DNA of 64,000 nt from Squalus acanthias (Eukaryota): positions 4,402,001 to 4,466,000 of the forward strand of contig JASTWF010000035.1 in assembly GCA_030390025.1 (NCBI GenBank). The letters are read 5' to 3'. A program made the translations under genes and the position numbers. The stretch's first letter is position 1. Every line of letters starts with the position of its first letter. Below, one piece after another: positions 52,201 to 64,000 of this stretch. A model generated the notes under the pieces. The model did not search any database, was not told the origin of the DNA, and saw only the letters and a program-made list of their open reading frames with translations.

Positions 52201-55200
52201 GGTACAGGCGGTGGGGTGGGGTCTGGGGTACGGTACAGGCGGTGGGTTGTGGTGGGGTCCGGGGAACGGTACAGGTGGTGGGTTGTGGTGGGGTCCGGGG
52301 TGCTGTACAGGCGGTGGGTTGGGGTTCGGGGAGCGGTACAGGCGGTGGGTTGTGGTGGGGTCCGGGGAACGGTACAGGCGGTGGGTTGTGGTGGGGTCTG
52401 GGGTACGGTTCAGGTGGTGGGTTGTGGTGGGGTCTGGGGTGCGGTACAGGCGGTGGGTTGTGGTGGGGTCCGGGGAACGGTACAGGCGGTGGGTTGTGGT
52501 GGGGTCTGGGGTCTGGTACAGGCAGTGGGTTGGGTTGGGGTCCGGGGTACGGTACAGGCGGTGGGTTGGGGTCTGGTAAAGGCGGTGGGTTGGGTTGGGG
52601 TCCTGGGGTATGGTACAGACGGTGTGTTGTGGTGGGGTCCGGGGAACGGTACAGGCGGTGGGTTGTGGTGGGGTCTGGGGTCTGGTACAGGCAGTGGGTT
52701 GGGTTGGGGTCCGGGGAACGGTACAGGCAGTGGGTTGAGTTGGGGTCCGGGGAACGGTACAGGCGGTGGGTTGGGTTGGGGTCCGGGGTGCGGTACAGGC
52801 GGTGGGTTGTGGTGGGGTCCGGGGAACGGTACAGGCTGTGGGTTGTGGTGGGGTCCGGGGTACGGTACAGGTGGTGGGTTGTGGTGGGGTCTGGGGTGCG
52901 GTACAGGTGGTGGGTTGGGGTCCAGGGAACGGTACAGGCGGTGGGTTGTGGTGGGGTCTGAGGTACGGTACAAGCGGTGGGTTGTGGTGGGGTCCGGGGT
53001 GCGGTACAGGCGGTTGGTTGGGGTGGGGTCCGGGGTAAGGTACAGGCGGTGGGGCCCAGGGAACGGTACAGGCGGTGGGGCCCGGGGAACGGTACAGGCG
53101 GTGGGTTGTGGTGGGGTCTGAGGTACGGTAGAAGCGGTGGGTTGTGGTGGGGTCTGGGGGTACAGTACAGGTGTTGGGGTGGGGTCCGGGGTACGGTACA
53201 GGCGGTGGGTTGGGGTCCGGGGTGCAGTGCAGTTGGTGGGTTGTGGTGGGGTCTGAGGTACGGTAGAAGCGGTGGGTTGTGGTGGGGTCTGGGGGTACAG
53301 TACAGGTGTTGGGGTGGGGTCCGGGGTACGGTACAGGCGGTGGGTTGGGGTCCGGGGTGCAGTGCAGTTGGTGGGTTGTGGTGGGGTCTGAGGTACGGTA
53401 CAGGCGGTGGGTTGGGGTGGGGTCCTGGGTGCGGTACAGGCGGTGGGTTGGGGTCTGGGGTACGGTACAGGCGGTGGGTTGTGGTGGGGTCTGAGGTACG
53501 GTACAAGCGGTGGGTTGTGGTGGGGTCCGGGGTGTGGTACAGGCGGTGGGTTGGGGTGGGGTCCTGGGTGCGGTACAGGCGGTGGGTTGGGGTCTGGGGT
53601 ACGGTACAGGCGGTGGGTTGGGGTCTGGGGTACGGTACAGGCGGTGGGTTGTGGTGGGGTCTGAGGTACGGTACAGGCGGTGTGTTGGGGTCTGGGGTAC
53701 GGTACAAGCGGTGGGTTGTGGTGGGGTCTGGGGGTACGGTACAGGCGGTGGGTTGTGGTGGAGTCGGGTGCGGTACAAGCGGTGGGTTGGGGTTCGGGGT
53801 ACGGTACAGGCGGTGGGTTGGGTTGGGGTCCGGGGAACGGTACAGGCGGTGGGTTGTGGTGGGGTCCGGGGAACGGTACAGGCGGTGGGTTGTGGTGGGG
53901 TCCGGGGTACGGTACAGGCGGTGGGGTCTGGGGTGCGGTACAGGTGGTGGGTTGTGGTGGGGTCTGGGGTACGGTTCAGGTGGTGGGTTGTGGTGGGGTC
54001 CGGGGTACGGTACAGGCGGTGGGTTGGGGTCCAGGGAACGGTACAGGCGGTGGGTTGTGGTGGGGTCCGGGTAACGGTACAGGCGGTGGGTTGTGGTGGG
54101 GTCCGGGGAACGGTACAGGCGGTGGGTTGTGGTGGGGTCCGGGGTACGGTACAGGCGGTGGGGTCTGGGGTGCGGTACAGGTGGTGGGTTGTGGTGGGGT
54201 CTGGGGTACGGTTCAGGTGGTGGGTTGTGGTGGGGTCCGGGGTACGGTACAGGCGGTGGGTTGGGGTCCGGGGAACGGTACAGGCGGTGGGTTGTGGTGG
54301 GGTCCGGGTAACGGTACAGGCGGTGGGTTGTGGTGGGGTTCGGGTGAAAGGTACAGGCGGTGGGTTGTGGTGGGGTCCGGGAAACGGTACAGGCGGTGGG
54401 TTGTGGTGGGGTCCGGGGAACGGTACAGGCGGTGGGTTGGGTTGGGGTCCTGGGTGCGGTACAGGCGGTGGGTTGGGGTCTGGGGTACGGTACAGGTGGT
54501 GGGTTGTGGTGGGGTCTGGGGTGCAGTACAGGCGGTGGGTTGGGGTGGGGACCTGGGTGCGGTACAGGCGGTGGGTTGGGGTCCAGGGAACGGTACAAGC
54601 GGTGGGTTGTGGTGGGGTCCGGGGTGCGGTACAGGCGGTTGGTTGGGGTGGGGTACGGTACAGGCGGTGGGGCCCGGGGAACGGTACAGGCGGTGGGGCC
54701 CGGGGAACGGTACAGGCGGTGGGTTGGGGTCCGGGGTGCGGTGCAGTTGGTGGGTTGTGGTGGGGTCTGAGGTACGGTACAGGCGGTGGGTTGGGCTGGG
54801 GTTCTGGGTGCGGTACAGGCGGTGGGTTGGGGTCTGGGGTACGGTACAGGCGGTGGGTTGTGGTGGGGTCTGAGGTACGGTACAAGCGGTGGGTTGTGGT
54901 GGGGTCCGGGGTGCGGTACAGGCGGTGGGTTGGGGTTCGGGGAACGGTACAAGCGGTGGGTTGTGGTGGGGTCCGGGGTGCGGTACAGGCGGTGGGTTGG
55001 GGTGGGGTCCAGGGTACGGTACAGGCGGTGGGTTGGGGTTCGGGGAACGGTACAGGCGGTGGGTTGTGGTGGGGTCTGAGGTACGGTACAGGTGGTGGGT
55101 TGTGGTGGGGTCTGAGGTACGGTACAGGCGGTGTGTTGGGGTCTGGGGTACGGTACAAGCGGTGGGTTGTGGTGGGGTCTGGGGGTATGGTACAGGCGGT

Positions 55201-55832
55201 GGGTTGGGGTCTGGGGTACGGTACAAGCGGTGGGTTGGGGTTCGGGGTACGGTACAGGCGGTGGGTTGGGGTCTGGGGTACGGTACAGGCGGTGGGGTGG
55301 GGTCTGGGGTACGGTACAGGCGGTGGGTTGTGGTGGGGTCCGGGGAACGGTACAGGTGGTGGGTTGTGGTGGGGTCCGGGGTGCGGTACAGGCGGTGGGT
55401 TGGGGTTCGGGGAGCGGTACAGGCGGTGGGTTGTGGTGGGGGCCGGGGAACGGTACAGGCGGTGGGTTGTGGTGGGGTCTGGGGTACGGTTCAGGTGGTG
55501 GGTTGTGGTGGGGTCTGGGGTGCGGTACAGGCGGTGGGTTGTGGTGGGGTCCGGGGAACGGTACAGGCGGTGGGTTGTGGTGGGGTCCGGGGAACGGTAC
55601 AGGTGGTGGGTTGTGGTGGGGTCTGGGGTCTGGTACAGGCAGTGGGTTGGGTTGGGGTCCGGGGTACGGTACAGGCGGTGGGTTGGGGTGGGGTCTGGGG
55701 GTACGGTACAGGCGGTAGGTTGGGGTGGGGTCTGGGGGTACAGTACAGGCGGTGGGTTGTGGTGGGGTCTGAGGTACGGTACAGGTGGTGGGGTGGGGTC
55801 CTGGGTGCGGTACAGGCGGTGGGTTGGGGTGG
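49300..55832. repeat. G-rich 30/36-bp minisatellite (CGGTACAGGCGGTGGGTTGTGGTGGGGTCCGGGGAA), ~6.5 kb
   Basis: Tandem variants; extreme G skew on the + strand; Pro-rich and Gly-rich ORFs are its translations. Confidence 0.97.
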
Positions 55833-56009
55833 GGAAGCTGTCAGCCCAGGATCATACTGTTGGATTTTCTGTTTAATTGGTGTTGGGTCAGTTTGGATCC
55901 CTCTGGCACTGGATCCAATTAGCTGGTGTTTTCTACATGGACACAGTGCGGGACAGGTGGCGTAAACCCCCGAGTGTGTGTTTAACGGGTCAGACTGTGT
56001 TGTTTGAAG

Positions 56010-56233
56010 GGCGAGCTGAGCTTTGCGGGTGATCTGCTGGTGGAAGGCGGGAAGCTGAGTAATGGCACGGACTATCGGGAAGCTCGCCAGTTCCGCAGCC
56101 CCTCACACCTGCTGCGATTCTACTTCATCACCCGCGTCTACTCCAACTACCTGGAGAGCATCCTGGCCGATTTCCAAGCGGGATTGCAGCCAGACGTCCT
56201 CATCGTGAACTCGTGTGTTTGGGACATCTCCAG
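56010..56233 (+). CDS. PCED1A: PCED1A-like coding exon 3 (GELSF...NGTDYREARQF...RFYFITRVYSNYLE...PDVLIVNSCVWDIS[R])
   Basis: AG acceptor at 56008-09, donor AG|GTACAG; strong match to PCED1 RFYFLTRVYSEYLE and PDLVIINSCLWDLSR; phases 0/2 consistent with neighbours. Confidence 0.94.
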
Positions 56234-56269
56234 GTACAGTGCTGAGAGGGAGGGAGGGAGCGAGAGAGA

Positions 56270-56500
56270 GAGAGAGTTTGAGAACTGTTTTCACCCAGAG
56301 GGTGGGGGGGGGGTCTGGAACTCACTGCCTGAAAGGCTAGTAGAGGCAGAAACCCTCATCACATTTAAAAAGTACTTGGATTTGCGCTTGCAGTGCTCGA
56401 ACCTGCAAGGCGACAGACCAAGAACTGGATAGTGGGATTAGGCTGGATAACTCTTTTTCGGCTGGCTCAGACACGATGGGTCAAATGGCCTCCTTCTTAC
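56270..56500 (+). mobile_element. CR1 3' fragment; its tail appears to resume at ~57776-57793
   Basis: VWNSLPERLVEAETLITFKKYLD plus 3' UTR. Confidence 0.8.
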
Positions 56501-56501
56501 A

Positions 56502-57775
56502 ATCATAGCTTAGAATCATAGAATGGTTACAGCACAATAGGAGGCCATTCGGCCCATCGAGCCCGTGCCGGCTCTCTGCAAGAGCACTTCAGCTAGTCCC
56601 ACTCCCCCACCCTCTCCCCGTAACCCTGCAACATTTTTTTCCTTCAGGTACTTACCCAACTCCCTTTTGAAAGCCACATATACCCCCAGGTCTCTCTGTT
56701 CATGCACCGCCATTAGAGTTGTACCCTTCAGTTTATATTGCCTCTCCTCGTTCTTCCATCCAAAATGTATCACTTCACACTTTTCTGCGTTAAATTTCAT
56801 CTGCCACGTGTCCGCCCATTCCACCAGCCTGTCTATGTCTTCCTGAAGTCTATCACTCTACTCCTCACTGTTCACTATACTTCCAAGTTTTGTGTCATCT
56901 GCAAATTTTGAAATTGTGCCCTGTATACCCACATCCAAGTCATTAATATATATCAAGAAAAGCAGTAGTCCTAGAACCGACCCCTGGGGAACACCATTGT
57001 ATACCTTCCTCCAGTCCGACAAACAACCGTTCACCATTACTTTCTGTTTCCTGTCACTTAGCCAATTCCATTTCCATGCTGCCACTGTCCCTTTTATTCC
57101 ATGGGCTTCAACTTTGCTGGCAAGCCTATTATGTGGCCCTTTATCGAACACCTTTTGGAAATCCATGTACACTACGTCAACCGCATTGCCCTCATCAACC
57201 CTCTGTTACCTCATCAAAAAACTCGATCAAGTTAGTTAAACACGATTTGCCTTTAACAAATCCGTGCTGGTTTCCCTTAATTAATCCACACTTGTCCAAG
57301 TGACTGTTAATTTGTCCCTGATTATCGTTTCTAAAAGCTTCCCCACTACCGAGGTTAAATTGACTGGCCTGTAGTTGCTGGGTTTATCTTTACACCCTTT
57401 TTTTGAACAAGGGTGCAACATTTGCAATTCTCCAGTCCTCTGGCACCACCCCCGTATCTAAGGAGGATTGGAATATTATGGCCAGTGCCTCCACGATTTC
57501 CTCCTTCACTTCTCTCAGCGTCCTAGGATGCATCCCATCCGGTCCTGGTGACTTATCTACTTTAAGTTCAGCCAGCCTTTGTAGTACCATCGCCTTATCG
57601 ATTTTTATCCCATCCAGTATCTCCACTACCACCTCTTTCACTGTCTATGGTGAAGACCGATGCAAAGTACTCATTTAGTACCTCAGCCATGCCCTCTGCC
57701 TCCATGCGTAGATCTCCTTTTTGGTCCCTAATCAGCCTCACCCTCCTTATTACCTGTTTACTATTTATATGCCTA
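56502..57775 (-). mobile_element. CR1 fragment with an internal deletion, same subfamily as 31721-33019
   Basis: [19 protein letters not shown] and [15 protein letters not shown] nearly identical to the old CR1; junction near 56677 skips most of the C-terminus. Confidence 0.9.
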
Positions 57776-57984
57776 AATTTCTATGATTTTATGAGGGGGG
57801 GGAGAAGGAGTGTGTGAGCAGTGTGGGAGAGAGTGTGAGTGAGGAGGGGGGAGGGAGGGGCGGGAGCATGAATGGGGGGAGGATGAGGAGTTACGGCTTC
57901 AGGGGTTCCTGGACCAGAAGGGGCCCAGGCAGGTAAGGTTTAAAAAACCATCGGTTTCCCTGTGGGCCCCCTTCACCCGAGATT

Positions 57985-58120
57985 TCTAGATTTTTGTTGG
58001 GCAGGTGTATCAAGGGATACGGAGTAAAGGCGAGTAAATGGATTTCAGATACAGATCAGCCACAATCTGATTGAGCAGAGTAACAGGTTCGAGAGGCTGA
58101 ATGGCCTCCTCCTGTTCCTG
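57985..58120 (+). mobile_element. Degenerate CR1 3' end
   Basis: ATCAAGGGATACGG...GATCAGCCA...AGGTTCGAGAGGCTGAATGGCCTCCTCCTGTTCCT, homologous to the CR1 3' UTRs at 31630-31705 and 33560-33625. Confidence 0.75.
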
Positions 58121-58615
58121 TGTAACAGGCTCGAGAGGCTGAATGGCCCTCTCCTGTTCCTCTGTAACAGGCTCGAGGGGCTGAATGGACTCCTCCTGTT
58201 CCTGTGTAACAGGCTCGAGAGGCTGAATGGCCTCCTCCTGTTCCTGTGTAACAGGCTCGAGAGGCTGAATGGCCCTCTCCTGTTCCTCTGTAACAGGCTC
58301 GAGGGGCTGAATGGACTCCTCCTGTTCCTGTGTAACAGGCTCGAGAGGCTGAATGGCCTCCTCCTGTTCCTGTGTAACAGGCTCGAGAGGCTGAATGGCC
58401 CTCTCCTGTTCCTCTGTAACAGGCTCGAGGGGCTGAATGGACTCCTCCTGTTCCTGTGTAACAGGCTCGAGAGGCTGAATGGCCTCCTCCTGTTCCTGTG
58501 TAACAGGCTCGAGGGGCTGAATGGCCTCCTCCTGTTCCTAATGTAACAGGCTCGAGTGGCTGAAAATGGCCTCCTCCTGTTCCTGTGTAACAGGCTCGAG
58601 GGGCTGAATGGCCTC
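58080..58615 (+). repeat. 42-bp minisatellite derived from the CR1 3' UTR, ~13 copies
   Basis: Unit GTAACAGGCTCGAGAGGCTGAATGGCCTCCTCCTGTTCCTGT. Confidence 0.93.
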
Positions 58616-58663
58616 ATGTTCCACTGTTCTCTCCTGTTTGATTCCTATCTCTGGCGTTCCCAG

Positions 58664-58814
58664 GTATGGATCCAGTGCAATATGGGAATACAGGGAGAAT
58701 CTGAGAATATTCTTCAGTCGATTGAATGAGGTCCTTCTCCCAGAATGCCTTGTGATTTGGAACATGGCGATGCCTCTGGGTGAGAAACTCAAAGGCGGGT
58801 TCCTGGTTCCTGAG
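58664..58814 (+). CDS. PCED1A: PCED1A-like coding exon 4 (YGSSAIWEYRENL...VIWNMAMPLGEKLKGGFLVPE); gene continues beyond the window
   Basis: Acceptor TTCCCAG, donor GAG|GTAAGA; matches PCED1 YRENLE...WNMAMPLGERITGGFLLPE. Confidence 0.94.
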
Positions 58815-58819
58815 GTAAG

Positions 58820-61800
58820 AGACTGCAGTGAAACACCATCAGCACACAGTGTAATAGGGTCGATAGACTGCAGTGTAACACCATCAGTACACAGTGTAAT
58901 CGGGTCTATAGACTGCAGTGTAACACCATCAGTACACAGTGTAATAGGGTTTATAGACTGCAGTGTAAACACCATCAGTACACAGTGTAATAGGGTCTAT
59001 AGACTGCAGTGTAACACCATCAGTACACAGTGTAATAGGGTCAAAAGACTGCAGTGTAAACACCATCAGTACACAGTGTAATAGGGTCTATAGACTGCAG
59101 TGTAAACACCATCAGTACACAGTGTAATAGGGTCAAAAGACTGCAGTGTAAACACCATCAGTACACAGTGTAATAGGGTCTATAGACTGCAGTGTAAACA
59201 CCATCAGTACACAGTGTAATAGGGTCTATAGACTGCAGTGTAAACACCATCAGTACACAGTGTAATAGGGTCTATAGACTGCAGTGTAAACACCATCAGT
59301 ACACAGTGTAATAGGGTCTATAGACTGCAGTGTAACACCATCAGTACACAGTGTAATAGGGTCTATAGACTGCAGTGTAAACACCATCAGTACACAGTGT
59401 AATAGGGTCTATAGACTGCAGTGTAAACACCATCAGTACACAGTGTAATAGGGTCTATAGACTGCAGTGTAAACACCATCAGTACACAGTGTAATAGGGT
59501 CTATAGACTGCAGTGTAAACACCATCAGTACACAGTGTAATAGGGTCTATAGACTGCAGTGTAAACACCATCAGTACACAGTGTAATAGGGTCTATAGAC
59601 TGCAGTGTAAACACCATCAGTACACAGTGTAATAGGGTCTATAGACTGCAGTGTAAACACCATCAGTACACAGTGTAATAGGGTCTATAGACTGCAGTGT
59701 AAACACCATCAGTACACAGTGTAATAGGGTCTATAGACTGCAGTGTAAACACCATCAGTACACAGTGTAATAGGGTCTATAGACTGCAGTGTAAACACCA
59801 TCAGTACACAGTGTAATAGGGTCTATAGACTGCAGTGTAAACACCATCAGTACACAGTGTAATAGGGTCTATAGACTGCAGTGTAAACACCATCAGTACA
59901 CAGTGTAATAGGGTCTATAGACTGCAGTGTAAACACCATCAGTACACAGTGTAATAGGGTCTATAGACTGCAGTGTAACACCATCAGTACACAGTGTAAT
60001 AGGGTCTATAGACTGCAGTGTAAACACCATCAGTACACAGTGTAATAGGGTCTATAGACTGCAGTGTAAACACCATCAGTACACAGTGTAATAGGGTCTA
60101 TAGACTGCAGTGTAAACACCATCAGTACACAGTGTAATCGGGTCTATAGACTGCAGTGTAAACACCATCAGTACACAGTGTAATAGGGTCTATAGACTGC
60201 AGTGTAAACACCATCAGTACACAGTGTAATAGGGTCTATAGACTGCAGTGTAACACCATCAGTACACAGTGTAATAGGGTCTATAGACTGCAGTGTAAAC
60301 ACCATCAGTACACAGTGTAATAGGGTCTATAGACTGCAGTGTAAACACCATCAGTACACAGTGTAATAGGGTCTATAGACTGCAGTGTAAACACCATCAG
60401 TACACAGTGTAATAGGGTCTATAGACTGCAGTGTAAACACCATCAGTACACAGTGTAATAGGGTCTATAGACTGCAGTGTAAACACCATCAGTACACAGT
60501 GTAATAGGGTCTATAGACTGCAGTGTAAACACCATCAGTACACAGTGTAATAGGGTCTATAGACTGCAGTGTAAACACCATCAGTACACAGTGTAATAGG
60601 TCTATAGACTGCAGTGTAACACCATCAGTACACAGTGTAATAGGGTCTATAGACTGCAGTGTTACACCATCAGTACACTGTGTAATCGGGTCTATAGACT
60701 GCAGTGTAAACACCATCAGTACACAGTGTAATAGGGTCTATAGACTGCAGTGAAACACCATCAGTACACAGTGTAATAGGGTCTATAGACTGCAGTGTAA
60801 CACCATCAGTACACAGTGTAATAGGGTCTATAGACTGCAGTGTAAACACCATCAGTACACAGTGTAATAGGGTCTATAGACTGCAGTGTAAACACCATCA
60901 GTACACAGTGTAATAGGGTCTATAGACTGCAGTGTAAACACCATCAGTACACAGTGTAATAGGGTCTATAGACTGCAGTGTAACACCATCAGTACACAGT
61001 GTAATAGGGTCTATAGACTGCAGTGTAAACACCATCAGTACACAGTGTAATAGGGTCTATAGACTGCAGTGTAAACACCATCAGTACACAGTGTAATAGG
61101 GTCTATAGACTGCAGTGTAAACACCATCAGTACACAGTGTAATAGGGTCTATAGACTGCAGTGTAACACCATCAGTACACAGTGTAATAGGGTCTATAGA
61201 CTGCAGTGTAAACACCATCAGTACACAGTGTAATAGGGTCTATAGACTGCAGTGTAAACACCATCAGTACACAGTGTAATAGGGTCTATAGACTGCAGTG
61301 TAAACACCATCAGTACACAGTGTAATAGGGTCTATAGACTGCAGTGTAAACACCATCAGTACACAGTGTAATAGGGTCTATAGACTGCAGTGTAAACACC
61401 ATCAGTACACAGTGTAATAGGGTCTATAGACTGCAGTGTAAACACCATCAGTACACAGTGTAATAGGGTCTATAGACTGCAGTGTAAACACCATCAGTAC
61501 ACAGTGTAATAGGGTCTATAGACTGCAGTGTAACACCATCAGTACACAGTGTAATAGGGTCTATAGACTGCAGTGTAACACCATCAGTACACAGTGTAAT
61601 AGGGTCTATAGACTGCAGTGTAAACACCATCAGTACACAGTGTAATAGGGTCTATAGACTGCAGTGTAAACACCATCAGTACACAGTGTAATCGGGTCTA
61701 TAGACTGCAGTGTAAACACCATCAGTACACAGTGTAATAGGGTCTATAGACTGCAGTGTAAACACCATCAGTACACAGTGTAATAGGGTCTATAGACTGC

Positions 61801-64000
61801 AGTGTAAACACCATCAGTACACAGTGTAATAGGGTCTATAGACTGCAGTGTAAACACCATCAGTACACAGTGTAATAGGGTCTATAGACTGCAGTGTAAC
61901 ACCATCAGTACACAGTGTAATAGGGTCTATAGACTGCAGTGTAAACACCATCAGTACACAGTGTAATAGGGTCTATAGACTGCAGTGTAAACACCATCAG
62001 TACACAGTGTAATAGGGTCTATAGACTGCAGTGTAAACACCATCAGTACACAGTGTAATAGGGTCTATAGACTGCAGTGTAAACACCATCAGTACACAGT
62101 GTAATAGGGTCTATAGACTGCAGTGTAACACCATCAGTACACAGTGTAATAGGGTCTATAGACTGCAGTGTAACACCATCAGTACACAGTGTAATAGGGT
62201 CTATAGACTGCAGTGTAAACACCATCAGTACACAGTGTAATAGGGTCTATAGACTGCAGTGTAAACACCATCAGTACACAGTGTAATAGGGTCTATAGAC
62301 TGCAGTGTAAACACCATCAGTACACAGTGTAATAGGGTCTATAGACTGCAGTGTAAACACCATCAGTACACAGTGTAATAGGGTCTATAGACTGCAGTGT
62401 AAACACCATCAGTACACAGTGTAATAGGGTCTATAGACTGCAGTGTAAACACCATCAGTACACAGTGTAATAGGGTCTATAGACTGCAGTGTAAACACCA
62501 TCAGTACACAGTGTAATAGGGTCTATAGACTGCAGTGTAAACACCATCAGTACACAGTGTAATAGGGTCTATAGACTGCAGTGTAAACACCATCAGTACA
62601 CAGTGTAATAGGGTCTATAGACTGCAGTGTAACACCATCAGTACACAGTGTAATAGGGTCTATAGACTGCAGTGTAACACCATCAGTACACAGTGTAATA
62701 GGGTCTATAGACTGCAGTGTAAACACCATCAGTACACAGTGTAATAGGGTCTATAGACTGCAGTGTAAACACCATCAGTACACAGTGTAATAGGGTCTAT
62801 AGACTGCAGTGTAACACCATCAGTACACAGTGTAATAGGGTCTATAGACTGCAGTGTAACACCATCAGTACACAGTGTAATAGGGTCTATAGACTGCAGT
62901 GTAAACACCATCAGTACACAGTGTAATAGGGTCTATAGACTGCAGTGTAAACACCATCAGTACACAGTGTAATAGGGTCTATAGACTGCAGTGAAACACC
63001 ATCAGTACACAGTGTAATAGGGTCTATAGACTGCAGTGTAAACACCATCAGTACACAGTGTAATAGGGTCTATAGACTGCAGTGTAAACACCATCAGTAC
63101 ACAGTGTAATAGGGTCTATAGACTGCAGTGTAAACACCATCAGTACACAGTGTAATAGGGTCTATAGACTGCAGTGTAAACACCATCAGTACACAGTGTA
63201 ATAGGGTCTATAGACTGCAGTGTAACACCATCAGTACACAGTGTAATAGGGTCTATAGACTGCAGTGTAAACACCATCAGTACACAGTGTAATAGGGTCT
63301 ATAGACTGCAGTGTAAACACCATCAGTACACAGTGTAATAGGGTCTATAGACTGCAGTGTAAACACCATCAGTACACAGTGTAATAGGGTCTATAGACTG
63401 CAGTGTAAACACCATCAGTACACAGTGTAATAGGGTCTATAGACTGCAGTGTAACACCATCAGTACACAGTGTAATAGGGTCTATAGACTGCAGTGTAAA
63501 CACCATCAGTACACAGTGTAATAGGGTCTATAGACTGCAGTGTAAACACCATCAGTACACAGTGTAATAGGGTCTATAGACTGCAGTGTAAACACCATCA
63601 GTACACAGTGTAATAGGGTCTATAGACTGCAGTGTAAACACCATCAGTACACAGTGTAATAGGGTCTATAGACTGCAGTGTAAACACCATCAGTACACAG
63701 TGTAATAGGGTCTATAGACTGCAGTGTAAACACCATCAGTACACAGTGTAATAGGGTCTATAGACTGCAGTGTAAACACCATCAGTACACAGTGTAATAG
63801 GGTCTATAGACTGCAGTGTAAACACCATCAGTACACAGTGTAATAGGGTCTATAGACTGCAGTGTAAACACCATCAGTACACAGTGTAATAGGGTCTATA
63901 GACTGCAGTGTAACACCATCAGTACACAGTGTAATAGGGTCTATAGACTGCAGTGTAACACCATCAGTACACAGTGTAATAGGGTCTATAGACTGCAGTG
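58820..64000. repeat. 45/46-bp satellite (ATAGACTGCAGTGTAAACACCATCAGTACACAGTGTAATAGGGTCT), >110 copies, runs off the window
   Basis: Highly homogeneous tandem array starting immediately after the exon donor. Confidence 0.99.

Noticed and set aside
48908..55965. Pro-rich (extensin/mucin-like) and Gly-rich ORFs up to 1992 aa
   Set aside because: Translations of a G-rich minisatellite, open in many frames on both strands, lying within an intron.
56234..56432. ORF-track extension of exon 3, and of exon 4 to 59081
   Set aside because: Read-through past GT donors into CR1 or satellite sequence; PCED1 similarity stops at the donors.
170..64000. CRISPR-like arrays
   Set aside because: The repeats are head-to-tail with no unique spacers, there are no cas genes, and the context is eukaryotic.

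Overview
Vertebrate genomic DNA, most likely a cartilaginous fish (inferred from the style of the CR1, RTE, SINE and MITE repeats). The only recognisable host gene is a + strand PC-esterase domain gene (PCED1A/FAM113A-like). Four in-phase GT-AG coding exons (29074-29146, 49157-49236, 56010-56233, 58664-58814) give 176 aa, and the gene continues past the window. A GC-box/CpG-rich promoter and probable non-coding first exon lie at about 5.76-6.28 kb. More than half of the window is tandem repeat (29-bp, AGCT-rich, 33-bp x ~600, 38-bp, 30/36-bp G-rich, 42-bp and 45/46-bp arrays), which produces all the giant ORFs in the track; these are artefacts. The 20-kb intron at 29.1-49.2 kb is a nested transposon stack: an old near-full-length CR1 interrupted by younger CR1s, a solo LTR, two Harbinger-type MITEs and an RTE that carries a bipartite RTE derivative. 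I found no convincing new biological system. The most notable leads are a hammerhead-ribozyme-like motif in the promoter, RSS-like geometry in two satellites, a switch-region-like AGCT array, a minisatellite born from a CR1 3' end, and candidate exons of a divergent transcript.
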